NCBI GenBank assembly: GCA_902526045.1
Contig: CABZJI010000002.1
Location: 78,503-142,502, forward strand
Origin: an uncultured SAR86 cluster bacterium
Lineage (GTDB): Bacteria; Pseudomonadota; Gammaproteobacteria; Magnimaribacterales; AG-339-G14
Direction of reading: 5' to 3'
Length of the DNA stretch: 64,000 nt
The position numbers were made by a program, and so were the translations under genes. Positions within the stretch are counted from its first letter, which is position 1. Each line of letters starts with the position of its first letter. The notes beneath the pieces were generated by a model. It worked only from the letters and a program-made list of their open reading frames with translations. It did no database searches and was not told the DNA's origin. Below are positions 21,049-29,560 of the stretch, one piece after another.

Positions 21049-21882
21049 ATGAAAGTCACTAAAAAATTTGAACCTTATTCTTTCGGTGCCATGATTGAGA
21101 ATATCGATTTATCTGCAGATCTCACTGCTGACCAAATATCTCAGATTCGAAGTGTATGGATAGATAATCAAGTTGTTTTTTTTCCAAATCAAAAATTAAC
21201 AAATGAACAATTTGCAAGGTTCGCTAGATACTTTGGTGACTACGGTGAAGATCCCTATTTAAGAGCAATGCCAGAACATAATCATATTGTTGAGGTAAAA
21301 AGGTCTAAAGAAGAAAAGACGTCTCCATTTGGCGGTACTTGGCATTCAGATTGGTCCTTTTTGAATAAGCCACCGGCAATGACTCTCTTATACTCAAAAA
21401 TAATACCCCCTGTGGGTGGCGATACTCTCTTTGCATCAACTAAAGATGCTTGTACTGAGCTAAGCTCAGCCTTAAGGGAGCAAGTAAAGAACTTATCTGG
21501 CATTCATAGTGCCATGCTCCCGTATGCTGATAATGGTTTTTATGCCACTGAATCTGAAGAAAGATCAATGGATATTGTTACCAGCAAGGAGGCTAGGGCA
21601 ACTCAAAGACATCCCGTCATAAAAAAACATAATGAATCTAACTTTGAAACTTTGTTTGTAAATCCCGTATATACCGTTGGCATAGATAACAAGGATGATA
21701 TAGAAGCTGGAACTATTTTAAGTTCACTATATGAGCACATCCTTCAAGACAGGTTTATCTACCGTCATAAATGGGATGAGGATACTTTACTAATGTGGGA
21801 TAACAGATCCGTAATGCATATGGCCGAGGGCGGTTACGATGGTTACGATAGACTTTTACACAGAATAACTATTGCCGGTTAA
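21049..21882 (+). CDS. TauD/TfdA family Fe(II)/2-oxoglutarate dioxygenase
   Basis: WHSDWSF, GGDTLFA and WDNRSVMH...R.LHR motifs. Start taken at MKVTKK. Confidence 0.9.
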   Translation: MKVTKKFEPYSFGAMIENIDLSADLTADQISQIRSVWIDNQVVFFPNQKLTNEQFARFARYFGDYGEDPYLRAMPEHNHIVEVKRSKEEKTSPFGGTWHSDWSFLNKPPAMTLLYSKIIPPVGGDTLFASTKDACTELSSALREQVKNLSGIHSAMLPYADNGFYATESEERSMDIVTSKEARATQRHPVIKKHNESNFETLFVNPVYTVGIDNKDDIEAGTILSSLYEHILQDRFIYRHKWDEDTLLMWDNRSVMHMAEGGYDGYDRLLHRITIAG

Positions 21883-23765
21883 TTACCAGAGACTTCCAAG
21901 CCTTCTAATTTTCCCTCTTTTCGCCATTTACGCATCATACTGAAAAACTCCAGCGGGCCACCACCATAAGGATTATTCTGGGGCTGAAGATCAGGCTTAC
22001 CTTCGTTGTTATAATAACCCGGTGTACAATTTTCCCTAAATTCTTTCATGTCGCGCGATTTATGGATTATTTTTTCAACCCATTCTTTTTCAGCATTTTC
22101 AGATGCTTCCACGAAGGTCAATTGATCCTCTTTCATCTTCTTGAGTATGTAAGAAAGATGAATGCTTTGTTCATCTAGCGAGTGAGTATAGTTAGCTGTA
22201 AAAGCACCTTGTTGGGGGCCAAAAAAGAAACAATTTGGAAAACTTCTCGTATGCATGCCATGGAAAGTTGAAAGTCCATCTTTCCATTTATCAGAAATAC
22301 TTACTCCTTCTTTCCCATAAATTTCATACCCACATCTTCTGGTGTATTCGGTTCCTACCTCAAATCCAGTGGCAAAAATGATGCAATCAACTTCGTATTC
22401 CTTTTTACCAAAAATTATCCCTTTTTCAGAAATAGTGTCGATTCCCTGACCGTCAGTATCAACCAATTCAACGTTTTCATTATTGAAAGCAGATAAATAT
22501 TCATCGTGAAAACATGGACGTTTACAGAATTGACGATAATAGGGCTTTAAGGATTCAGCTGTTTTTGGATCATTAACGACACTATCGGCTCTTGATCTTA
22601 TCTGTTCCATTTTTTCAAAATCAGCCATTTCGACTTGTTTTGCTAAATTGCTAAGACCAACGTAGCTCATAAATTTCCCTTGCAAGTATGCTTTTAAACC
22701 TTCTTTATATAATTTTTTTGAAAAAACAGAACCAAGAGTCCAGAGAAAGATTCTAAATTTTGACGGACCATTATTTAGTAATGCTCCCAATATCCTTCGA
22801 AAAACTTCAGTCCAACCATCATTCACTAAGTCTTTACCATTTACGTTACCTGTTAAAAATCCTTCAAAGTTCTCTCTTCTTTTTGATTGCCATCCTGGAG
22901 ATTGATTGAGAAACCAATTCTCATCGGTATCGATGTTATTTCTTTCATCAATCGAAGAAGGAGTTCTTTGAAAAACATAAAGTTGTTTTGCTGATTCTGC
23001 TAGATGTGGAATACATTGCACAGCAGTTGCACCTGTTCCAATGACTGCAACTCTTTTATCAATAAGATTTGATAAATTTCCCTTCGATGAACCGCCGGTA
23101 TACTCATAATCCCATCTGCTTGTATGAAAAGTATGACCTTTGTAATTATTGATGCCATTTATTGCAGGCAATTTAGGACGATTAAGAGGGCCGTTAGCAT
23201 GAACAACATGGTTACACTTAATCTTATCTGCTTTATTAGTGTTTATTTCCCAAAGTCTTTCATCGTCTTTCCATCTGACGTCGTTCACTTCAGTTTGGAA
23301 AATAGCATGCTCGCTCAATTCAAATTTCTCTGAAATGACATCAAAATATTCTAAAGTTTCGGATGCGTTAGTGTATTTTTTGCCAGGAATAAAGTTAGTT
23401 TCTTCAAGCAGGGGAAAATAGATATAGGATTCAATATCGCATGATGCTCCTGGATATCTATTCCAATACCAAGTACCGCCAAAACTACCGCCTTTTTCAA
23501 TGATTTTAAAATCAGAAAACCCGGCTTCTTTAAGTCTAGATGCAGCTAGAACACCACCAAAACCACCACCAATAATTACGATTTCATAAGAATCAGTTAA
23601 AGCCTGCCTTTCAATTTCTTGATTTATATAGGGATCATCAACGAAATAAGAAAAATCACCACTTACTTCTTGATATTGATCATTCCCGTCTTCACGAAGA
23701 CGTTTATCTCTTTCCTGTCTGTATTTATCTCTAAGATAATCAGGATCAAAAGTATGATTTTGCAT
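21879..23765 (-). CDS. Baeyer-Villiger monooxygenase (cyclododecanone/cyclopentadecanone monooxygenase-like)
   Basis: GGGFGG, GGTWYWNRYPG, fingerprint YKGHTFHTSRWD, GTGATAVQ and CTPGYYNNEG. GAGGGA RBS before MQNH. Confidence 0.92.
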   Translation of the reverse strand: MQNHTFDPDYLRDKYRQERDKRLREDGNDQYQEVSGDFSYFVDDPYINQEIERQALTDSYEIVIIGGGFGGVLAASRLKEAGFSDFKIIEKGGSFGGTWYWNRYPGASCDIESYIYFPLLEETNFIPGKKYTNASETLEYFDVISEKFELSEHAIFQTEVNDVRWKDDERLWEINTNKADKIKCNHVVHANGPLNRPKLPAINGINNYKGHTFHTSRWDYEYTGGSSKGNLSNLIDKRVAVIGTGATAVQCIPHLAESAKQLYVFQRTPSSIDERNNIDTDENWFLNQSPGWQSKRRENFEGFLTGNVNGKDLVNDGWTEVFRRILGALLNNGPSKFRIFLWTLGSVFSKKLYKEGLKAYLQGKFMSYVGLSNLAKQVEMADFEKMEQIRSRADSVVNDPKTAESLKPYYRQFCKRPCFHDEYLSAFNNENVELVDTDGQGIDTISEKGIIFGKKEYEVDCIIFATGFEVGTEYTRRCGYEIYGKEGVSISDKWKDGLSTFHGMHTRSFPNCFFFGPQQGAFTANYTHSLDEQSIHLSYILKKMKEDQLTFVEASENAEKEWVEKIIHKSRDMKEFRENCTPGYYNNEGKPDLQPQNNPYGGGPLEFFSMMRKWRKEGKLEGLEVSGN

Positions 23766-23856
23766 TTTTATTCCCTCACGCATTGTTAATTTATCATATT
23801 CAGACTCAAGCAAAAACTATTCAAAAATAGTAAAGTAACTTAAAAATTTTATAGAC

Positions 23857-23932
<76 letters not shown>

Positions 23933-23963
23933 TATTACCTTTACCTAACTTTTAAAGAAAATA

Positions 23964-24266
23964 TTAAGGTTTTATTAATAACCAAACGAAGAAGAAAATT
24001 GGTGCCATCCAAGTTATAAACCCTAACAAAGTAGGTATGAACATTAAAAATATATAGGGAAAGAATATCAGAGTTGTTCTTACTAAAGACGGATTATCCA
24101 CATGTAGTTTTTTCTTTAGCCATTCATCCAAACCTTTAGATATTGCTGTGAAGAAATCGATTATGAATCTGGAATAGATACCATAAAAAATTAAACCACA
24201 CGCCACATAAATTAAAGTCAGAATTTCGATGTCAATCAAACCATTGAATAGTTCTCTGATAGTCAT
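23964..24266 (-). CDS. Small hypothetical membrane protein
   Basis: 100 aa ORF with two to three hydrophobic segments; no recognisable motif. Confidence 0.6.
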   Translation of the reverse strand: MTIRELFNGLIDIEILTLIYVACGLIFYGIYSRFIIDFFTAISKGLDEWLKKKLHVDNPSLVRTTLIFFPYIFLMFIPTLLGFITWMAPIFFFVWLLIKP

Positions 24267-24372
24267 AGGTAAATTATTACTTATTAAAGTACTAGAGAGA
24301 AGTTATCGAAGAAGTATCTTAAAAACAACTTAAGAATTCACAAATAGTTTCTGATGGTCTTACAATATAATA

Positions 24373-24483
24373 GTGAAACAATTACTTATCATTCTTGCTT
24401 TGAGTTTTGTTGGATGTTCCAAATATCCAATAACAAAAATCAATTGCACAGTTAAAGGTGCAAACCTAATAGTTATTAAATGA
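24373..24483 (+). CDS. 36 aa putative lipoprotein or truncated lipoprotein remnant (not in ORF track)
   Basis: GTG start, MKQLLIILALSFVGC-SKYPITKINCTVKGANLIVIK*; lipobox FVGC; TACAAT 6 nt upstream; stop overlaps the next ATG (ATGA). Confidence 0.55.
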   Translation: MKQLLIILALSFVGCSKYPITKINCTVKGANLIVIK

Positions 24484-25505
24484 TTTTAGGAATTTGGCTT
24501 GCAGAGAGAGGCTGGATTCCAGATTTTTTGTTAAGAATTGCAATAAAGTTCATAAGCAAAGCAAGATTAAAAAGGTCAAACAGTTTTTCTGAAAAACTTG
24601 CTGTATTAAATTCGTTGAAAGATGGACCAATAGCTGAATTAACTCCATCAGCAAACAAACAACATTATGAAGTTCCTCCAGCTTTTTTTGAAAAGGTCTT
24701 GGGAAGTAAGCTCAAATACTCTTGCAGTCTGTTTAACGATAATCAGAAAAGTTTAAATGATGCCGAAACAGAGATGCTTAATTCTTATATTGAAAGAGCT
24801 GACATTAGACCAAAGCAAGAAATTTTAGATCTAGGATGTGGATGGGGTAGTTTCTCTCTTTACGCTGCACAAAAATTTCCTGACTCTAATTTTACTGCAG
24901 TCAGTAACTCTGACGATCAAATTAATTTCATTAAATCTAAAGCTCAAGAATTAGGAATGAAAAATCTTCTCGCTTTAAAACAAGATATGAATCAGTTAAA
25001 TTTAAGAAATAATTTTGATCGTATTGTTTCGATAGAGATGTTTGAGCATATGAGAAATTATAAAATTTTATTAAAACGAATTTCAGACCTTATGGTCGAA
25101 GATGGTCAATTATTCGTTCACATATTTTGTCATAGGCAATCTGCGTATCTTTACGAAATAAAAAATGATAGGGATTGGATGACAAAGTACTTCTTTACGG
25201 GCGGCATAATGCCCTCAAGAGATATTTTTGAATTTTTTAATGAAGATTTGACTGTTTCAAAGTCATGGCAAATAAATGGCAAACATTATTCTAAAACCTC
25301 AAAAGCATGGTTAAAAAATATGGATAAAAATTCTAGAATTGTTAAACAAATCTTAAACGAACATTATGATGAAGAAAATATATGGTTTTACAGATGGAGA
25401 ATATTTTTCTTAACTTGTGAAGAATTTTTTAAAATTAATAATGGTACAGATTGGTTCGTATCCCATTATTTACTTAAGAAAAAGAATCGAGCTACAAATA
25501 AATAA
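24480..25505 (+). CDS. SAM-dependent methyltransferase, cyclopropane-fatty-acyl synthase / coclaurine N-methyltransferase-like
   Basis: ANKQHYEVP, KYSC, LDLGCGWGS, VSIEMFEHMRN and FFTGGIMPS motifs. Confidence 0.9.
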   Translation: MILGIWLAERGWIPDFLLRIAIKFISKARLKRSNSFSEKLAVLNSLKDGPIAELTPSANKQHYEVPPAFFEKVLGSKLKYSCSLFNDNQKSLNDAETEMLNSYIERADIRPKQEILDLGCGWGSFSLYAAQKFPDSNFTAVSNSDDQINFIKSKAQELGMKNLLALKQDMNQLNLRNNFDRIVSIEMFEHMRNYKILLKRISDLMVEDGQLFVHIFCHRQSAYLYEIKNDRDWMTKYFFTGGIMPSRDIFEFFNEDLTVSKSWQINGKHYSKTSKAWLKNMDKNSRIVKQILNEHYDEENIWFYRWRIFFLTCEEFFKINNGTDWFVSHYLLKKKNRATNK

Positions 25506-25561
25506 CCATAAGGAATTTTGATTTCCTGATCACATTCAGTTTATTTATATATTAAAATGAA

Positions 25562-25765
25562 GTGATTATGTTTATTGCATCTGTGATACTTTTATCCATA
25601 TGGGAGATATATTGGACAGCAAAAGCATGCTGGAAAGCTGCCCAAGCAAAAGAAGGTTATTGGTTTGTTTTTATGTTGGTGTTTAATCTCTTTGGATTAC
25701 CGGAGATCTATTACCTGCATATTAGAAAAGATAAAGATGCGTTAGAGGATATGAAAAATCGCTAA
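25562..25765 (+). CDS. Small membrane protein, DUF5652-like
   Basis: W...W...A.WKAA....YWF..MLVFN..G..EI.Y pattern, recalled as DUF5652. Confidence 0.6.
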   Translation: MIMFIASVILLSIWEIYWTAKACWKAAQAKEGYWFVFMLVFNLFGLPEIYYLHIRKDKDALEDMKNR

Positions 25766-25797
25766 AAATTAGTAAAATAATATCTAGAGGTGCAAAT

Positions 25798-26370
25798 ATG
25801 GCCGAAAAATTAGCAAAATTCACAACTATGACTAAAGGTACCGCTGAGGATTATCAGATAATCGCAGAAGCCAGCATGCAACATAGTGTCAATCTTCCTG
25901 AAAGGATGATCGAACACTTGAACCTATTGAAGGGCGATCATGGAGGTTTTGCAGTTGATAGATATACTCATTGTTTGCAAACCGCTACAAGAGCTTTGCG
26001 GGATGGGAAAGATGAAGAATACATTGTTTGTGCTCTTCTTCATGATATTGGAGATACTTTAGCGCCAGCAAACCATGCTGATTTTGCTGCTACTATGCTT
26101 GAACCATTTATTTCCGATAAAAATTATTGGATCCTCAAACATCACGGAATTTTTCAAGGTTACTACTTTTTTGACTTTCTAGGATTGGACAAAAATATGA
26201 GAGATAAGTTTAAAGACAATCCTCATTGGAAAGATTGTGCAGAGTTCTGTGCAAAATATGATCAGAATTCATTTGACCCTGAATACGATACCGAACCCAT
26301 TGAGACTTTTATTCCTATGCTAAGGAATGTTCTTTCTCAAACTAAAAAATCTATCTACAAAGCTAGTTAA
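25798..26370 (+). CDS. HD-domain metal-dependent phosphohydrolase/oxygenase
   Basis: HCLQTATRA, ALLHDIGD, NHAD, HHGIFQ and YDQNSFDP motifs; GAGG RBS. Confidence 0.85.
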   Translation: MAEKLAKFTTMTKGTAEDYQIIAEASMQHSVNLPERMIEHLNLLKGDHGGFAVDRYTHCLQTATRALRDGKDEEYIVCALLHDIGDTLAPANHADFAATMLEPFISDKNYWILKHHGIFQGYYFFDFLGLDKNMRDKFKDNPHWKDCAEFCAKYDQNSFDPEYDTEPIETFIPMLRNVLSQTKKSIYKAS

Positions 26371-27275
26371 GATTTTTTTGGTTCTGCTTTCTTTTGAATC
26401 TCAGAATCATGATTCTTTTTGGTCTCCACTAGAGAACCTATAACTCTGTCTAATTGATCAAGAGACCATAATTCATCAGATAAAAAAGATTCAATTACTG
26501 CAGGCTGCTGCATTATACCTACCGTTCCGTTTTGCACATGTATGATTTGATTTGTAACATCTGATGCCTCATCACAACATAGCCAGGTGATTACAGGAGC
26601 TAATTGTTGCGGCCCTTGTTTCCAATCGTTTGTATCTACATCTCTGCCTGCGGCTTTAATTAAGTCAATGGTCATTCTGGTAGCTGCTCCGGGAGAGATT
26701 GTATTTACAGTGCACTTATATTTAGCCATTTCAAAAGAGAGACTTCTCGTAAAACCGGCAATGCCTGCCTTTGCAGCACCATAATTAGTTTGCCCAAAAT
26801 TTCCATATAATCCAGAAACCGATGACATATTGATAATTCTGCAGTCCATCCTATTAGTTTCCCTTATGTAAGAGACAAATGGTTTAGTGCAATTAAAATG
26901 ACCTTTAAGATGGACAGCTATAACTTGATCCCAATCATTTTCTTCCATATTAAAAAGAGTTTTGTCTCTTAAGATCCCTGCGTTATTGATGAGAATATCC
27001 ATTCCACCAAAAGTATCTATAGCTGTTTGGAAGATATTTTGTCCACCAGCAAAATCTGAGACGCTGTCATAATTTGCAACTGCCTCTCCGCCTGCAGCTT
27101 TAATTTCTTCAACTACTTCATCCGCAATTTGAGTTCCGCCTGTACCATCGGTATTACCCCCTAGATCATTAACGACGACTTTTGCACCTTCTTTTGCTAA
27201 AAAAAGGGCTGTTTCTTTACCGATACCTCGGCCTGCTCCTGTTACAACAGCAATTTTGCCATTTAATCTTCCCAT
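26367..27275 (-). CDS. Short-chain dehydrogenase/reductase (MFE-2 / 3-hydroxyacyl-CoA dehydrogenase-like)
   Basis: [24 protein letters not shown] and [12 protein letters not shown] motifs. Confidence 0.92.
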   Translation of the reverse strand: MGRLNGKIAVVTGAGRGIGKETALFLAKEGAKVVVNDLGGNTDGTGGTQIADEVVEEIKAAGGEAVANYDSVSDFAGGQNIFQTAIDTFGGMDILINNAGILRDKTLFNMEENDWDQVIAVHLKGHFNCTKPFVSYIRETNRMDCRIINMSSVSGLYGNFGQTNYGAAKAGIAGFTRSLSFEMAKYKCTVNTISPGAATRMTIDLIKAAGRDVDTNDWKQGPQQLAPVITWLCCDEASDVTNQIIHVQNGTVGIMQQPAVIESFLSDELWSLDQLDRVIGSLVETKKNHDSEIQKKAEPKKS

Positions 27276-27342
27276 GATTCCTCCCTATTAATTTAATGCA
27301 TTATCTTTATCACTAAAGTATATTATTTTTTTAATCAAATAA

Positions 27343-28794
27343 ATGTCAGAAGCAAAAGAATTTAAAGTTTCAAACCTCACGCTTTTCTTGCATTCAGCAG
27401 GATCAGGCGTTGTAGGTATTAAAAATGTTATTTTTGGTGCTTGGGTTCTTTTGTATTACAACCAAGTGCTAGGTCTGCAGCCATATTTAGCTTCAATTGC
27501 CATTGGTGTTTCTCTTTTTTTCGATGCAGTATCGGATCCTCTGGTTGGAGTTTGGTCAGATCGTATTAGATCTAGGCTAGGAAGGAGACATCCCTTTATT
27601 TATGCCAGCATCATTCCCTTAGCGATATGCGTTTGGTTATTATTCACACCGCCTAATTCTTACGACCAGAGTTACTTGTTTGTTAAATTGCTCGTTTTAA
27701 CGATACTCATTAGGTTAGCCATTACTTTTTTCGAAACACCCAGGGCTGCTCTAGGCCCAGAATTAACCAAAGATTACGATAGAAGAAATTTACTTAATGG
27801 AATGGGTATTTTCTTTGGATACGTTGGAGCAATAATCATTGGGTTCGTGATGCTTGAATATTTTTTACCTGAAACAGAGCAATTTCAGGGCTCAACAGCT
27901 TTCTTAAATCCAGAAGGATACGAAAAGCTTGCTTATTTTGCTGCCATCCTTGTGATAATTTTAGGATTAACAGCTGCATCCAGCACCCATAAACATATTA
28001 AGGATCTTCATGTAGTCGAACCCTCAGGACCAATTAAATTAAAAAATGTTTTAGCAGAAGTCATAGAGGCACTATCTAATAGATCATGGTTGATGATTTT
28101 TCTAGCTGGGTGTCTGTATGCTCTTTTTTTGGGATTAAATAATGGTATTGCTAATTACATCAGTGTTTATTTTTGGCAGTGGACTCCGTCAGATATATCC
28201 GTCTTTCCTTTAGCAGGGGGAATCTCTGCAATTATTGGAGCAGTTATCGCAGTTGCAATTTCTAAAGGAAGAGAAAAAAGAATTATTGCACTTTTAGCTT
28301 TTACTGGAACAATTGCAATTTCATATATTCCATTCATTCTAAGATTAGTCGATCCTTATTTTGAAGTTCAAACTTTTCCTGTTAACGGATCCGATGCTCT
28401 CTGGTGGGTGATGTTAATGCATCTATGTGTAACTGATATCTTCTCTGTTATGGGTTGGGTAGTTATGATTTCAATGATGTTTGATGTTGTTGAGGATAGT
28501 CAAATGCGAACGGGGAGAAGAGACGAAGGACTCTTCTTGTCTGGTCCGGGTTTATTCCAAAAAATATTTTCAGGTCTTGGTGTTTTTATAATAGGTTTTG
28601 TATTGCAGTTCCTAGGTTTCGATAACTCTCAATCTAATATTGAGCAGATGCAAGAACCCATCAACAACTTAGTTATTTTTGTATGCATCAGTGGGCCAAT
28701 ACTAAATTTTGCTGGATTAGGATTCATTTACTTTTATTCTATAACAAGAGATTCACATACTTCCGCAGTAGATGAGTTAGGCTATAAGACATAA
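27343..28794 (+). CDS. GPH family (MelB-like) MFS symporter
   Basis: DAVSDPLVGVWSD..RSRLGRRHPF, ALGPELTKDYDRR and TGRRDEG motifs; about 12 TM segments. Confidence 0.88.
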   Translation: MSEAKEFKVSNLTLFLHSAGSGVVGIKNVIFGAWVLLYYNQVLGLQPYLASIAIGVSLFFDAVSDPLVGVWSDRIRSRLGRRHPFIYASIIPLAICVWLLFTPPNSYDQSYLFVKLLVLTILIRLAITFFETPRAALGPELTKDYDRRNLLNGMGIFFGYVGAIIIGFVMLEYFLPETEQFQGSTAFLNPEGYEKLAYFAAILVIILGLTAASSTHKHIKDLHVVEPSGPIKLKNVLAEVIEALSNRSWLMIFLAGCLYALFLGLNNGIANYISVYFWQWTPSDISVFPLAGGISAIIGAVIAVAISKGREKRIIALLAFTGTIAISYIPFILRLVDPYFEVQTFPVNGSDALWWVMLMHLCVTDIFSVMGWVVMISMMFDVVEDSQMRTGRRDEGLFLSGPGLFQKIFSGLGVFIIGFVLQFLGFDNSQSNIEQMQEPINNLVIFVCISGPILNFAGLGFIYFYSITRDSHTSAVDELGYKT

Positions 28795-29556
28795 ATGTTT
28801 TTTCCTTTATACGACGATAATCCGACAACCATAAGGCCTTACGTAACGCAATTTATTGTTGTCGTTTGTACGATTGTTTTCGTTTTTCAATTTCTTGCTG
28901 GAATGCCTGGGCAAATATTCTTAGATTTTGGTTTTATACCAGATAGATTTTTTTCTAATTCATTTTTTGATTTAACAATTATTTCTTCTATGTTTCTTCA
29001 TGGCGGTATTGCACATATCGTGGGTAATATGGTTTATCTATGGATTTTTGGTGATAACGTTGAAGAATCTATGGGAAGGATAAGGTTCGTACTGTTTTAT
29101 ATAACTTGTGGTCTTATCGCTGCTTTATCTCAAGCTCTGGTTAATCCTGATTCAAATATACCGATGGTAGGAGCTAGTGGAGCAATAGCTGGAGTTCTTG
29201 GCGCTTATTTGATGTTGCACCCAAGGGCAAACGTCAGCTGCTTTGTATTCTTAATAATTTTTATTCAAGTCATTAGAATTCCTGCTTTTCTTGTATTGGG
29301 TTTTTGGATTTTAGGACAGTTTTTTAATCTTCCAAGTTCACTGCAAGATGAGGGCGGAGTAGCTTATCTGGCACATATAGGTGGATTTATCGCAGGGATG
29401 ATACTCGTTCCTTTATTTAAAAAAAGAGATGTTAAGTTATTCGATATTCCTCATTCAAAGCCATGGCAAAATACGAATATGAATTTTCAAAAAGAAAATT
29501 CAAGAAACTTTCTCAATGATTTTATTAAGAAGTCTGAGGACAAGTTCAGAAAATAG
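28795..29556 (+). CDS. Rhomboid family intramembrane serine protease
   Basis: SMFLHGGIAHIVGNM, FGDNVE, catalytic GASGA and AYLAHIGGF. Confidence 0.93.
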   Translation: MFFPLYDDNPTTIRPYVTQFIVVVCTIVFVFQFLAGMPGQIFLDFGFIPDRFFSNSFFDLTIISSMFLHGGIAHIVGNMVYLWIFGDNVEESMGRIRFVLFYITCGLIAALSQALVNPDSNIPMVGASGAIAGVLGAYLMLHPRANVSCFVFLIIFIQVIRIPAFLVLGFWILGQFFNLPSSLQDEGGVAYLAHIGGFIAGMILVPLFKKRDVKLFDIPHSKPWQNTNMNFQKENSRNFLNDFIKKSEDKFRK

Positions 29557-29560
29557 ATTA

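Noticed and set aside
25453-25464. ggttcgtatccc as a tRNA-Ala 3' att remnant
   Set aside because: It is short, gapped and inside conserved coding sequence (WFVSH); likely chance.
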